Part shown: piece after piece, positions 18,026 through 28,628 of the stretch | How the letters are laid out: the number at the start of each line of letters is the position of its first letter | Numbering within the stretch: the stretch's first letter is position 1 | Assembly: GCA_015061915.1 (NCBI GenBank) | Contig: SUVR01000011.1 | Location: 22,972-86,971, forward strand | Source of the DNA: Lentisphaerota bacterium | GTDB taxonomy: Bacteria; Verrucomicrobiota; Lentisphaeria; Victivallales; UBA1829 | Reading direction: 5' to 3' | Length of the DNA: 64,000 nucleotides | Position numbers and translations under genes: made by a program | Notes under the pieces: generated by a model | Databases searched by the model: none | What the model saw: the letters and a program-made list of their open reading frames with translations, nothing else | What the model was told of the DNA's origin: nothing

Positions 18026-19747
18026 TCAGAACTGGGGCATGGGGAATGCCTTGGTGAATTCCCGGACTTCTTCCCGGATCGCAGCCAGCGCTTCTTCGTT
18101 GTCCTTGTTGGCAACGGCGCGGTCGATGAAGTCGGCGATCTTGAGCATTTCCGCTTCTTTCATACCGCGGGTTGTGACGGCGGGCGTACCGATACGGACA
18201 CCGCTGGTGACCATGGGCTTTTCCGGGTCGAAGGGGATCATATTCTTGTTCAGGGTGATACCAGCCTTGTCGCAAGCGATCTGGACTTCCTTGCCGGTCG
18301 CCTGTTTCGGACGGAGGTCCACCAGCATCAGGTGGTTGTCCGTGCCGCCGGAAACGATCCGGAAGCCTTTGTCTTTCAGTGCCTGAGCGAGAACGGAAGC
18401 GTTCTTCACCAGCTGCTGCTGATATGCCTTGAACTCATCACTCATGGCTTCCTTGAAGCAGATCGCCTTGGCTGCGATCACGTGCATCAGCGGACCGCCC
18501 TGCAGACCGGGGAACACTTTGGAGTTGATCGCTTTGATATATTTTTCTTTGCAGAGGATCAGACCGGAACGGGGACCGCGCAGGGTCTTGTGTGTGGTGG
18601 TCGTGACCACGTCGCAGTAGGGGACCGGGGAGGGATGCACACCTGCAGCCACGAGACCGGCAATGTGAGCCATGTCAACAAAGAGATAAGCGTTCGCCTT
18701 GTCTGCGATCTGACGCAGGCGGGCGAAGTCGATGATCCGCGGGTAAGCAGATGCGCCGGCGAGGATCATACGGGGCTTACATTCCATGGCAAGGCGTTCG
18801 ATCTCATCGTAGTCGATCGCTTCCGTTTCAGCGGAGACGCCGTAGGGAACGATGTTGAAGAGCTTGCCGGAGAAGTTCATGGGGTGACCGTGGGTCAGGT
18901 GTCCGCCGTGATCCAGACTCATGGCAAGGACGGTATCGCCGGGGTTCAGCAGGGCGAAGTAAACTGCCATATTTGCCTGGGAACCGGCGTGGGGCTGCAC
19001 GTTGGCGGCTTCCGCACCGAAGAGTTCGCAAGCACGCTGGATGGCGATTTTTTCCACTTCGTCCACAAATTCGCAACCGCCGTAGTAACGGCGTCCGGGA
19101 TAACCTTCTGCGTACTTGTTGGTGAGAACGCTGCCCTGTGCTGCGCGGATGGCGGTGCTGGTAAAGTTTTCAGAAGCGATCAGCTCAATGCCGTCGTTCT
19201 GACGATCTGCTTCGGTATCGATCCACTTGGCGATTTCCGGATCGGCATCCCGGATGGCGGCGATGTCATCGTAGGTGGCGCGTTCCAGTTTTTCCAGTCT
19301 GCGCACGTGGCGGGCGTCGCCGGAGAAGGGCGTTTCAAACCAGGCTTTGATGAAGGCTTTGGCTTCCTCCACGGAGATGTGGTCGGCAGGCAGGACCAGC
19401 ACATTGCTGCAGTTGTGTTCACGGCTGGAACGGACAACTTTTTCGTTGTACGCCACAGCAGCGCGGACCGCATGGAAACGGTTGGCATCAATGCCCATAC
19501 CGACGCCGGAACGGCAGATCAGGATCCCGATCTCCAGTTCACCCTTGGCGATGGCGAAGCCCATCTTGCTGCCGAAATCAGAGTAGTCATCTTCCGGATC
19601 CAGTTCAAAGGGACCGAAATCCTTTGCGCCGCAGCCCAGTTCCGCCAGATAAGCGATCAGCTGCTTCTTCAGTTCAAATCCGCCGTGGTCAGAAGCGATC
19701 CCTGCCACAAGACCCTGTTTGCCGTTCCAGTCCATGATCTTTCTCAT
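18026..19747 (-). CDS. glyA: Fusion protein: ribose-5-phosphate isomerase B (N-terminal) plus serine hydroxymethyltransferase (C-terminal)
   Basis: The start ATG at 19747 (MRKIMDW...) has AAGGAA upstream. Residues ~10-150 are RpiB/LacAB-like ([31 protein letters not shown]). The rest is GlyA ([35 protein letters not shown]). The 868-aa listed ORF is an upstream read-through artefact. Confidence 0.85.
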   Translation of the reverse strand: MRKIMDWNGKQGLVAGIASDHGGFELKKQLIAYLAELGCGAKDFGPFELDPEDDYSDFGSKMGFAIAKGELEIGILICRSGVGMGIDANRFHAVRAAVAYNEKVVRSSREHNCSNVLVLPADHISVEEAKAFIKAWFETPFSGDARHVRRLEKLERATYDDIAAIRDADPEIAKWIDTEADRQNDGIELIASENFTSTAIRAAQGSVLTNKYAEGYPGRRYYGGCEFVDEVEKIAIQRACELFGAEAANVQPHAGSQANMAVYFALLNPGDTVLAMSLDHGGHLTHGHPMNFSGKLFNIVPYGVSAETEAIDYDEIERLAMECKPRMILAGASAYPRIIDFARLRQIADKANAYLFVDMAHIAGLVAAGVHPSPVPYCDVVTTTTHKTLRGPRSGLILCKEKYIKAINSKVFPGLQGGPLMHVIAAKAICFKEAMSDEFKAYQQQLVKNASVLAQALKDKGFRIVSGGTDNHLMLVDLRPKQATGKEVQIACDKAGITLNKNMIPFDPEKPMVTSGVRIGTPAVTTRGMKEAEMLKIADFIDRAVANKDNEEALAAIREEVREFTKAFPMPQF

Positions 19748-19864
19748 GATTTCTTGTTCCTTTATTGTTATTTCAGGTTTTTGATTTGATTTTTTCAGTT
19801 TCCGGTCTATCTTAAATAAGACAGAAACATAATATACACCATAAAAGCGAAAATAACAAATCAT

Positions 19865-20476
19865 ATGGCAAAAAAATTGAACAACGATCAGGAAATTTTC
19901 CTCCTGAATGACAAATATGTGCTTCTTTCCGACCTGATGAAGGTGGAAAAAGATACAAAGATCGAACTGGACCTGGGCTGCGGAACCGGAGATCTGGCGC
20001 TGGCTCTTGCAGAACGGAAGAAAGACAGCCTGATCTTCGCCGCCGATATTCAGATCAACCGGATCCGGAAAGTCGCCAGAAAAGGCAAACGGGCAGGCTT
20101 CGACAACCTGCACTGTTTCCGGGTGGAAGCGCGGCATCTGGTCTCCATCATTCTGCCGGACGGCTGTCTGGACCGGCTCCACATCCTCTGTCCCGACCCG
20201 TGGCCCAAAGCACGCCACAGTGGACACCGGCTTATGTCTGCCGATTTTATGATGCAGATCAGCCGCGTTCTGAAGAAGGACGGGATCCTGCACTTTGCCA
20301 CAGACGATGAACCGTATATGGCTGCGACTGTGAAAAATATTACGGAATCCGGTCTTTTTGAACGGCTTGGAAACGAAGCTCTTGCAGATATCGAAGATGT
20401 GAAGACCGAGTTTGAACGCCAGTGGCTCGCACAGGGCAAACCGGTCCCCCATACTGCATGGAGGAAGATCGGCTGA
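19865..20476 (+). CDS. trmB: tRNA (guanine46-N7)-methyltransferase
   Basis: It has a SAM-binding motif ([10 protein letters not shown]) and the [10 protein letters not shown] motif of TrmB. Confidence 0.85.
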   Translation: MAKKLNNDQEIFLLNDKYVLLSDLMKVEKDTKIELDLGCGTGDLALALAERKKDSLIFAADIQINRIRKVARKGKRAGFDNLHCFRVEARHLVSIILPDGCLDRLHILCPDPWPKARHSGHRLMSADFMMQISRVLKKDGILHFATDDEPYMAATVKNITESGLFERLGNEALADIEDVKTEFERQWLAQGKPVPHTAWRKIG

Positions 20477-21468
20477 TGTTGAAAAAGATCGTCTTCCTTC
20501 TGGCTGCCGCCGCATTCTTTTTTGTGCCGTGTTTCTGGGCAGAAGCCCGGAACTGGGCGCCCGGACTTGCCGTGCTGGCAGGGATCGTTTTTTCCGTGAC
20601 CTGGGGTAATCCCTACCGGGAAAAAACAGCAAAGATGACCTCCACCATGCTGGGTGCGACTATTGTGGGTATGGGCTTCGGCATGAACCTGATCGATGTG
20701 CTGCGTGCGGGCGGGAGCGGTTTCCTTTATACATTGATCGGCATTGTTCTCGGACTCGGTTTGGGCTGGATCGCCGGGCGTCTGCTGAAAGTTCCGGAAA
20801 ATACAGCTTGGCTTGTCAGTGTGGGGACCAGTATTTGCGGCGGAAGTGCCATTGCAGCGGCTGCACCGGCCCTGAAAGCCAAGTCATCTGATATTGCGAT
20901 GGCATCGGCAACGGTTTTTACCTTGAATGCGATCGCCCTGTGGGTTTTTCCGGTGGTCGGGCATACGCTCGGTTTTGATCAGGAGCAGTTCGGCTGCTGG
21001 GCAGCGTTGGGGATCCACGATACCAGCTCCGTTGTCGGGGCTTCTATGGCATACGGCGAACGGGCGCTGGAAGTCGGCACGACCGTAAAACTTGCCCGGG
21101 CGCTGTGGATCGTGCCGGTGACCCTCTTCCTGACCTGGTTCATTGCCGCACCGGAGGAGGGCGAAAAACGGAAATTCAAGCTCAAAGTGCCCTGGTTTAT
21201 CCCCGGATTTATTGCCGCAGCCGCGCTGGTGACCTGGCTGCCGGATCTGATCCCCGCAACGGAAAATGCCGTGAAAGAAGGCGGCGGGTTGATCAAAAAT
21301 ATCTCCAAATATCTGATGATCGTTACTCTGTTCCTGATCGGGGCGAATCTGAGCCGGGAGAAACTGAAAGAACTGGGATTCCGTCCGGTGCTGCTGGGGA
21401 TCATCCTCTGGATCGTTCTTGCCGGTATCTGGTGTGCTGCGATCCACGCCGGTTGGGTGAACGCATAA
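20476..21468 (+). CDS. YeiH/UPF0324-family membrane protein (putative sulfate exporter family)
   Basis: The ATG overlaps the trmB TGA by 1 nt. It is a polytopic membrane protein with a [12 protein letters not shown] motif. Confidence 0.7.
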   Translation: MLKKIVFLLAAAAFFFVPCFWAEARNWAPGLAVLAGIVFSVTWGNPYREKTAKMTSTMLGATIVGMGFGMNLIDVLRAGGSGFLYTLIGIVLGLGLGWIAGRLLKVPENTAWLVSVGTSICGGSAIAAAAPALKAKSSDIAMASATVFTLNAIALWVFPVVGHTLGFDQEQFGCWAALGIHDTSSVVGASMAYGERALEVGTTVKLARALWIVPVTLFLTWFIAAPEEGEKRKFKLKVPWFIPGFIAAAALVTWLPDLIPATENAVKEGGGLIKNISKYLMIVTLFLIGANLSREKLKELGFRPVLLGIILWIVLAGIWCAAIHAGWVNA

Positions 21469-21480
21469 CGCAGACCTTTG

Positions 21481-23505
21481 TTACAGCTCTGCCGGCTGAC
21501 CGGCGCTGTGTGCGTCTGCCAGATGACCGTGGAACAGATCCAGCGTGTCCTGTACCAGAGGATCGGCAGCTGCTTTTTCCTTCAGCTTTTCCACATCCTC
21601 TTTTTTGCTGATCTGCAATGGTGTCGCCAGCCCCTGCCGGTATTCGATGAACAGATTTGCACCGGGTTCACCGGAGATCGCACGCAGACGGCTGATCAGA
21701 AGCTGCAGCTCTTTCTCGGTGGTGGTTCCCTGAAATGCCTCATAATCGGGGTCGAATGCCACGGTCAGCGAATTGCGCCGGTAGGACAGGGGAGAACCAT
21801 CATTCATAGCGATGGCAAGAAAATCTTTCCGCAGGTTGTCCCGTACATCAATGATGAGTTCCTGCCAGATCTGCTCCGGCGTCTGAACGGCAGCAGGTTT
21901 TGTCAGACTGGCAAGGGATTCAGGATCTTCCGGGATCGGAGCAGCGTCATCGTTGAGTTCGATAACCTCTTCTTCCATAATGACTTCCAGAGGGACATCC
22001 TCCCGGACCGGTTCGGTCACGATCTCTTCTGCGGCTTCTGTCGGGATTGATTCCATGATCACCGGTGCATCTTCTGCGATCGGGTCCGGATCGAATGGCG
22101 GCTGATCGTCTTTATCCGGTTCCGATACCGGTTCCGGAGCAGACGGAACAACTTCCGGTTCCGCTTTGCTTTCAGCGACCGGTTCCGTTACAAGCGTTTT
22201 TTTTTCCGGGATCACAGGGATGGAGTCTGCGGAAACCACTTTCGTTTCGACCGCCGCATTGCTGCGGGGAGCAAAAGTGGAGTCTTTCGGAACCACGATC
22301 TGCCCGACCGGCATCTCGTAGATGGGAACAAGGGATTTTACCGCATCAAATTCGCCTGCGTTCCGGAGCTGGTTCAAACGGGCGATCAGATCTTCGATCT
22401 GTACTGCGTGGGCGATCCGCATGGCTTTGAGGAGCAGAGACTCCATAAAGACCTGTTTATTGATGGCCTCCCGCAGCAGATAACCGGAACCGGCAAGCTG
22501 TTCCATCAGCCGCTGAACGGCATCGGGTTTCACGGTTGCAGCAATGTTCTGGTAAAGATCGATCTTTTCCTGGGATTCCTCCAGCAGTTTTGCGGGGTCG
22601 GAAACGATCCGGCACATCAGGATCCCGCGAAGCCATGCAATGATTTCCTCATACAGGGTTTCCAGATTTTTTCCGGATTCGGCAAAACGGTGTATCGCTT
22701 CAATGGCGGCTGCCCGGTCGTTGGTCACAATGGATCGGACCAGACTTTCCATGTCGGCACTTGCCGCCAGACCGAACAGAGAAAGCGCCTGTTCTTCCGT
22801 GATCCCGCCGCTCTCCGAGCCGAAGAAAGAGATCATCTGGTCCAACAGAGACTGTGCATCACGCATACCGCCGTCGGCGGCACGGGCAATGATCTGCAAC
22901 GCACCATCGGTGATCTTCACATTTTCTGCATCACAGATGAGGCGGAGTCTTCCGGCGATGTCGGTTCCTTTGATCCGGCGCAGGTCAAACCGCTGACAAC
23001 GGCTGATCACAGTGGGCAGCACTTTATTCACTTCCGTGGTGGCGAAGATGAACTTTGCGTGTGCGGGCGGTTCTTCAATGGTCTTGAGCAATGCGTTCCA
23101 AGCGTTCTTGGAAAGCATATGCACTTCGTCAATGATGTAAATTTTGAATTTGGATGAGATAGGCAGATGCAGCACATCTTCGCAGAGTTCACGGGCTTTT
23201 TCAACCTGTGTGTGGGTCGCTGCGTCGATTTCGATCACATCCACATTGGATTCATCGGCAATGGACTTACAGGAGGAACATTGACAGCACGGTTCTCCAT
23301 CAATGGGATGCAGACAGTTCATCGCTTTGGCAAAGATACGTGCTGTGGTCGTCTTGCCGATCCCGCGGGGACCCACGAACAGATATGCGTGGGCGATTCT
23401 GCCGGACATGATGGCATTTTTCAAGGTGCGGGCAAGATGTTCCTGCCCCACCATATCGGAGAACTTCTGCGGTCTCCACTTTCTTGCAATGACCTGATAT
23501 GACAT
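21481..23505 (-). CDS. dnaX: DNA polymerase III subunit tau/gamma
   Basis: It has the KWRPQKFSDMVGQEH motif, the GPRGIGKTT P-loop, a Zn module (CLHPIDGEPCCQCSSC) and DEVHML. An internal A9 run lies at codons ~434-437. Confidence 0.95.
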   Translation of the reverse strand: MSYQVIARKWRPQKFSDMVGQEHLARTLKNAIMSGRIAHAYLFVGPRGIGKTTTARIFAKAMNCLHPIDGEPCCQCSSCKSIADESNVDVIEIDAATHTQVEKARELCEDVLHLPISSKFKIYIIDEVHMLSKNAWNALLKTIEEPPAHAKFIFATTEVNKVLPTVISRCQRFDLRRIKGTDIAGRLRLICDAENVKITDGALQIIARAADGGMRDAQSLLDQMISFFGSESGGITEEQALSLFGLAASADMESLVRSIVTNDRAAAIEAIHRFAESGKNLETLYEEIIAWLRGILMCRIVSDPAKLLEESQEKIDLYQNIAATVKPDAVQRLMEQLAGSGYLLREAINKQVFMESLLLKAMRIAHAVQIEDLIARLNQLRNAGEFDAVKSLVPIYEMPVGQIVVPKDSTFAPRSNAAVETKVVSADSIPVIPEKKTLVTEPVAESKAEPEVVPSAPEPVSEPDKDDQPPFDPDPIAEDAPVIMESIPTEAAEEIVTEPVREDVPLEVIMEEEVIELNDDAAPIPEDPESLASLTKPAAVQTPEQIWQELIIDVRDNLRKDFLAIAMNDGSPLSYRRNSLTVAFDPDYEAFQGTTTEKELQLLISRLRAISGEPGANLFIEYRQGLATPLQISKKEDVEKLKEKAAADPLVQDTLDLFHGHLADAHSAGQPAEL

Positions 23506-23543
23506 TGTCTTTTCAGCCTTTTCTGTTCAGGATCCGTTCGGGA

Positions 23544-25508
23544 TCAGAGAACAATATCTGCATCCTGGTCATCGATGAGAGATTCGCCGCCGCCGTCAGC
23601 ATTTTCTGCGGAAGAGGCTTCTTTCTTGTCGTTGGCAATATCCGCTTCTTTGTTGCGGGTACCGTCTTCCTTGAAGGTGGGCAGATAACGGTAGTAGACT
23701 TCCAGCGTCAGGGTGAAGTACACGGTAGCCCAGAGGCGGGAGTTGTGTTCTGTGAAACCGCCGAGCTTGGATTCGTTGTATTGTTTCTGACGCTTGATTT
23801 CTTTGATTCTGCCGTTTTTCTGGCGCTCTTTGACAACTTCCCACTGCTTGTATTTATCCGCAGGACATTCCCAGTAGCCGTCTTTACTCTGTTCTTTGAT
23901 GAGTGTTGTGGTCATCTGGCGGTTCCATTTTCTCCATTCCGCACCCTGACCGCCGCTTGCCTGGAAGAGAGCCTGTGTCATATAGTACCAGCCGAGGGCG
24001 GAAGTCTGGCTGGGCAGGTTGTTCCAATCCATTTTCAGTTCGGAGTTTTCCTTGCCGTTGGGACGGTGCCGCAGGAGCCATTCGTACCCCTTCTGAGCGG
24101 CGTTACCATTGTATCCCATCAGGAAGAGGTAGAGCGTACCGGCACCGGTGGCATCGAAACCCGCAGCGACCGTGTTCTTTTCGTTCTGTTTACCATAGGA
24201 GAAGCCGCCTTTTGCGTTGGCATGGTGCTTGGAAATAGCGCTGATCGCCCGGTCAATGGCATCTTCGATGGTGACCGTTTTTCCATTGTAGTCTGTGCCG
24301 GAGACTTCACAGCCGGCGTTGTATGCGGAGTAGAGCGCGTTGTACATACGGGAGCCGCCGTCAAGAGAGAACTGGTCGATGTTCTTTTCAAGACGTTTGT
24401 CCCAGTGCCAGCCGAACCCGCCGGAGGGGTTCATTTCGTTGATCAGACGGGTCACCACGCGGTTCATCCCTTCTTCAAGGGCGGGAATACGGGTGATGGC
24501 GTAACCTTCTGCCAGCACGATTGCGATACGGCTCATTGCATACCAGTCGTTGCCTTTGTACTGGACATCGTTGTTTTCGTTCACGCCTGCTTCGTGTCTG
24601 CCCCAGCCGGTGCCGCGTCTTTCGCCGACACCGTTTGCCCAGGAAAGGACGAGCATCAAGCCCTTATGGAGGGCATCACCGTAGCGCTCGGACTGGGTGG
24701 TTTCCCCGTGAGCAAGCATTGCAAGGAGCGCAAGACAGGTGAGCTGGACTTTCTGGTTGTAATCGTCCTGCCAATCGCCCCAGGAACCGTCATCGTTTTG
24801 GACTTTGACAAGCCAGTCGAGGGCGCGGATCACGGCACGTTCGGTGTTGTCACCGCCGCCCCCGGCTTTCAGAGCAGCTTTTCTGCCTTCACCGGAACGG
24901 GCTTTGTAGGCACCGGTCAGTTTCAGCGCGGAGTTGTTGGTCTGCACCACGGGGACCGAGTTATCCGGGAAGAGTTCGCTGATGTCCCCGGCAGTGGAGG
25001 TCTCCACGCTCTGGGAGGTACTCTGGGACGGAGGTGCATTATCGGTGGAGAGGCTGGGGGTCGGGGTGGGAGCATCTGCCGGAACGTCATGGAACACAGG
25101 GTCTTCCACATATTCCTGCAGCGGCTGTTCCTGCGGGTCGGGCGGTTCCGGCGGCGGAGGGGGTTCCACTTCCATTTCCTTCATTTCCACAACGACTTCT
25201 GCCGCTTCTTCGACAACTGCTTCTTCCGATACGACGAAAATCGCCAGCAGAACCAGGATCACGATATGTGCTGCGATCGAGATCAGCGGTCCGCTGATAT
25301 GCTGCCGGATGTCGGCAAACGTAATTGCTTCATCTTCATAGAAGTTCCGTTTACGGGGAACAACCGTTTCTTCCGAAAATTCTGTATCTTCCGTATATTC
25401 AGCAAATTCCGTATCGGAATCAGATATTTCCTCATAGGTTTCTTCAACCGTTTCCTCTACGGTTTCTTCCTGCAGATCGTCCAGATTTTCTTCCGGTTCC
25501 TGAGCCAT
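23544..25508 (-). CDS. Membrane-anchored protein: acidic N-terminus, one TM helix, Pro-rich linker, and a prenyltransferase/terpene-cyclase-like alpha/alpha-toroid repeat domain
   Basis: 654 aa. It has an Asp/Glu-rich first 60 aa, a TM segment (ISIAAHIVILVLLAIFVV), an EPPPPPEPPDPQEQP linker, and repeated AL.WL...Q..DGSWG-type motifs. Confidence 0.6.
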   Translation of the reverse strand: MAQEPEENLDDLQEETVEETVEETYEEISDSDTEFAEYTEDTEFSEETVVPRKRNFYEDEAITFADIRQHISGPLISIAAHIVILVLLAIFVVSEEAVVEEAAEVVVEMKEMEVEPPPPPEPPDPQEQPLQEYVEDPVFHDVPADAPTPTPSLSTDNAPPSQSTSQSVETSTAGDISELFPDNSVPVVQTNNSALKLTGAYKARSGEGRKAALKAGGGGDNTERAVIRALDWLVKVQNDDGSWGDWQDDYNQKVQLTCLALLAMLAHGETTQSERYGDALHKGLMLVLSWANGVGERRGTGWGRHEAGVNENNDVQYKGNDWYAMSRIAIVLAEGYAITRIPALEEGMNRVVTRLINEMNPSGGFGWHWDKRLEKNIDQFSLDGGSRMYNALYSAYNAGCEVSGTDYNGKTVTIEDAIDRAISAISKHHANAKGGFSYGKQNEKNTVAAGFDATGAGTLYLFLMGYNGNAAQKGYEWLLRHRPNGKENSELKMDWNNLPSQTSALGWYYMTQALFQASGGQGAEWRKWNRQMTTTLIKEQSKDGYWECPADKYKQWEVVKERQKNGRIKEIKRQKQYNESKLGGFTEHNSRLWATVYFTLTLEVYYRYLPTFKEDGTRNKEADIANDKKEASSAENADGGGESLIDDQDADIVL

Positions 25509-25631
25509 AAGAGTCTCCTGTATATGTGTTATTATAATATATGATTCAATCCATTCGCAGGTAACATAAGACCGGAACAGCGGTTTGTCAAGTAAATTTT
25601 TGACAAATTTGGCAGATTTTGCAGATTATTG

Positions 25632-26942
25632 TCAGATTTCTTCTTTTTTCAGGTCGGCGCTGATCCGCATGGAACAGAAGTCTTTTCCGCACATGGTGCA
25701 GAACCGGGAGCCGTGTTCCATCGCTTTTCCGGCGTTTTCGGTGGCGCGGTTGCGGAATTCTCTGGCACGGTCCGGATCGAGGGCAAGATCGAACTGTTTT
25801 TCCCAATCGAAGACCGCGCGGGCATCTGAGATGGCATCGTCCCGCTCTCTGGCACCGGGTTTGCCGAGGGCGATATCGGCGGCGTGAGCGGCGAGCTTGA
25901 AGGCGATCACACCGTTCCGGACATCTTCTCCCTGGGGCAGACCCAAGTGTTCCATTGGTGTCACATAGCAGAGCATGGCGGCTCCGTAAAATGCTCCGGC
26001 AGTTCCGCCGATGGCGGCAGTGATGTGGTCGTAACCGGGTGCGCAATCTGTTACGACCGGACCGAGGATGTAGAAAGGTGCATCGCCGCAGACTTCCTGT
26101 TCCCGTTTCATGTTCATTTCGATCTCGTTGTACGGGATATGGCCCGGTCCTTCCACCATTGCCTGCACCCCGGCGGAGCGACAGCGCCGGACCAGTTCGC
26201 CGAGGGTGTCCAGTTCGGCAAATTGTGCTTCATCGCTGGCATCGGCAAGGCATCCGGGGCGGAGACCATCGCCGAGGGAAAGGGTCACATCGTGTTCCTG
26301 ACAGATCTGAAGAATGTCATCGAAGCAGGTGTAGAAGGGGTTTTCGCAATCGTGTTCTTTCATATATCTTGCGATGAGGGAGCCGCCCCGGCTGACGATT
26401 CCCAATTTCCGTTTGAGGGCGGCGGGGATATGTTCTGCCAGCAGTCCGGCATGGATCGTCATATAGTCCACTCCCTGTTCCGCCTGATTGCGGATCGTTT
26501 TCAGGATCGTTTCCCGGTCGAAAGAATCTGCGCCGTACTTTGCCACGATCTCGTAAACCGGCACAGTTCCGAGGGGAATGGTGCTTGCTTCAATGATGAC
26601 GGAGCGGATAAAATCAATATCGCCTCCCGTACTCAAGTCCATGACCGTATCCGCACCGTACCGGATCGCCTGTGCCAGTTTCCGTTTTTCGGCTTCGGGG
26701 CAGCTGGACAGGGGAGAAGTGCCGATATTGGCGTTGATTTTTGTGGTGAGTTCCCGTCCGATCCCCGCAGGTTTCAGATTTTTGTGGTGAATGTTCGCCG
26801 GGATGACGATCCTGCCGTCTGCGACCCGTTCAAGGATAAAATCTTCGCTTCTGCGTTCTGCTTCCGCCACAGCAGTGATCTGGGGCGTGATGATCCCCTG
26901 TTGTGCGGCGAGACACTGGGTGAGTGGTGTGTTCTTTGACAT
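25632..26942 (-). CDS. thiC: Phosphomethylpyrimidine synthase
   Basis: 436 aa with conserved ThiC blocks and the C-terminal CTMCG...C Fe-S motif. A TPP riboswitch lies upstream. Confidence 0.95.
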   Translation of the reverse strand: MSKNTPLTQCLAAQQGIITPQITAVAEAERRSEDFILERVADGRIVIPANIHHKNLKPAGIGRELTTKINANIGTSPLSSCPEAEKRKLAQAIRYGADTVMDLSTGGDIDFIRSVIIEASTIPLGTVPVYEIVAKYGADSFDRETILKTIRNQAEQGVDYMTIHAGLLAEHIPAALKRKLGIVSRGGSLIARYMKEHDCENPFYTCFDDILQICQEHDVTLSLGDGLRPGCLADASDEAQFAELDTLGELVRRCRSAGVQAMVEGPGHIPYNEIEMNMKREQEVCGDAPFYILGPVVTDCAPGYDHITAAIGGTAGAFYGAAMLCYVTPMEHLGLPQGEDVRNGVIAFKLAAHAADIALGKPGARERDDAISDARAVFDWEKQFDLALDPDRAREFRNRATENAGKAMEHGSRFCTMCGKDFCSMRISADLKKEEI

Positions 26943-27008
26943 ATTCCGCTATCCTTTCCCGATGCAGAAACTGCACCGCGTTGAGAGGGGAAAGCGCCGG
27001 ACAATGTC

Positions 27009-27050
27009 AAAAATCTGCGCCTGCCCCCCTGATGCGGGAATTGCGCAGAT
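27009..27050 (-). terminator. Riboswitch expression-platform terminator
   Basis: On the minus strand: ATCTGCGC...GCGCAGAT hairpin followed by TTTTT. It lies between the TPP aptamer and the thiC start. Confidence 0.6.
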
Positions 27051-27074
27051 CAAAGGATCGAAGATCCGTAAACT

Positions 27075-27168
27075 GTGCGTAATTCCTCCGCCGGCATTAC
27101 CCGGTTCAGGTTCAATGGGTATGATCTCAGCCGCAGACCCTGTGTCTGCAGCACCCCGATGTTATTAA
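27075..27168 (-). promoter_or_regulatory. TPP (THI-box) riboswitch aptamer
   Basis: The minus strand reads GGGGUGC...GCUGAGA.CAUACCC.UUGAACCUGAACCGGGUAAUGCCGGCGGAGGAA. This matches the conserved CUGAGA / ACCUGA / GUAAUGCC.GCG cores of the TPP riboswitch. Confidence 0.85.
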
Positions 27169-27195
27169 GATACACCCGCCCCGGAAAAAAGTCAA
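27167..27195 (-). promoter_or_regulatory. Promoter of the thiC leader
   Basis: On the minus strand: TTGACT, 17 nt, TATCTT, immediately upstream of the aptamer. Confidence 0.45.
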
Positions 27196-27221
27196 GGGCG
27201 GGAGCGATTTTTTATGAAATG

Positions 27222-28628
27222 TCAGCCGATCACCTTGCCGGGATTGAGGATATTTTCCGGATCGAAAACCGCCTTGATCCCAGCCATAAGCTGTGTCTCT
27301 TCATCGCTCAGCGATTCCGCCAGATAGGGGCGTTTTGCGTAGCCGATCCCGTGTTCACCGCTGACTTTTCCGCCGAGAGCGCGGGCTTTTTCGTAAAGAT
27401 CATCAAACACTTCCTTGAGTTTGATCTTCCAGGCATCTTCGTCCAGATCATCCCGCAGTACATAGATGTGCAGATTGCCATCTCCGGCGTGCCCGAAGGA
27501 ACGGATCCGGACATGATGTTTCTCCTGCAGTGCGTGGGAGAACAGCACGAACTCCGCCACATTTCTGCGCGGCACGACCACGTCACACTCATCCATTTCC
27601 GTAGTGGACGCCTTGATCGCCTCCAGAAACGCACCACGTGCGCTCCAGATGGATTCGTTCCGTTCCTGCGTGTTGGAGAGAAACACATCCAGTGCGCCGC
27701 ACTTGAGGCAGATCTCCGCCGCATCTTCCCAGGCGAGTTCCACTTCCTCCCTGCTGGCGCCGTCGTAGGTCAGCAGCAGATAGGCGTCAGACGTATTGTC
27801 CGGGAACTTTCTTGCGAGAAATTCCTCGGCAGCCAGGATCACTTCCCGCTCCATAAATTCCACCGCTGTGGGGACCGCATTTGCACCCCGGATGATGGTG
27901 GGGACCGCTTTAATGGCAGAAGGTAAATCGGGAAAGGGAACCAGCAGACTGATCTTATACCGGGGCAGGGGCAGCAGGCGCAGGATCGCTTTCGTGACGA
28001 TCCCCAGCGTGCCTTCCGAGCCGATGATCAGGTCTTTCAGACTGTAACCGGAGCTGTTTTTGACAACTTTTCCGCCAAGATTCATGATCTTGCCATTGGG
28101 CAGGACCACTTCCAGCCCGCGTACATAGTCACGGGTAACGCCGTACTTGACCGCCCGCATCCCGCCGGCATTGGTGCTGATGTTGCCGCCGATCGTCGCC
28201 GTTTTTTCGCCCGGATCGGGAGGATAGAACAGACCGGCTTCCTCCACATACTTTCCCACATCCATAAGCAGAACGCCCGGTTCCAGCGTGAGGGTCATAT
28301 TTTCCTCATCCAGTTCCAGAAAATGGTTCATCAGTGTCAGATCCAGCATGATCCCGCCGGAAAGTGCCACGGACCCGCCCACCAAACCGGTGCCGGAACC
28401 ACGGGGCGTGACCGGAATATGGTTTTTGTATGCGTACTTCATAACCGCCGCCACTTCCTCCGTGGAGGTCGCCCGGACAAGGACATCCGGTTGGCTGCGG
28501 ACGCCGGAAAGTTCGTCGTGGTGGTAATCTTCCCCGATCTGATCGCGGGGAATGACCCGTTCCGTGCCGCAGATCGCCTGAAGTGCGGCAAGGTCGGAAG
28601 AATCGAATATTTTATAGCTGTTTTTCAT
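27222..28628 (-). CDS. FAD-linked oxidase (GlcD / D-lactate dehydrogenase family)
   Basis: 468 aa with an FAD_binding_4-type N-terminus ([11 protein letters not shown]) and a C-terminal GEHGIG motif. It is the last gene of the etfBA operon. Confidence 0.85.
   Translation of the reverse strand: MKNSYKIFDSSDLAALQAICGTERVIPRDQIGEDYHHDELSGVRSQPDVLVRATSTEEVAAVMKYAYKNHIPVTPRGSGTGLVGGSVALSGGIMLDLTLMNHFLELDEENMTLTLEPGVLLMDVGKYVEEAGLFYPPDPGEKTATIGGNISTNAGGMRAVKYGVTRDYVRGLEVVLPNGKIMNLGGKVVKNSSGYSLKDLIIGSEGTLGIVTKAILRLLPLPRYKISLLVPFPDLPSAIKAVPTIIRGANAVPTAVEFMEREVILAAEEFLARKFPDNTSDAYLLLTYDGASREEVELAWEDAAEICLKCGALDVFLSNTQERNESIWSARGAFLEAIKASTTEMDECDVVVPRRNVAEFVLFSHALQEKHHVRIRSFGHAGDGNLHIYVLRDDLDEDAWKIKLKEVFDDLYEKARALGGKVSGEHGIGYAKRPYLAESLSDEETQLMAGIKAVFDPENILNPGKVIG

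Noticed and set aside
18008-19789. 593-aa plus-strand ORF
   Set aside because: It is antisense to the RpiB-GlyA gene and is a shadow ORF.
19748-20632. N-terminal 295-codon extension of the glyA-containing ORF (listed as 868 aa)
   Set aside because: The extension runs antisense through trmB and the YeiH-family gene start and has no sensible protein features. A good ATG plus RBS at 19747 gives a complete RpiB N-terminus.
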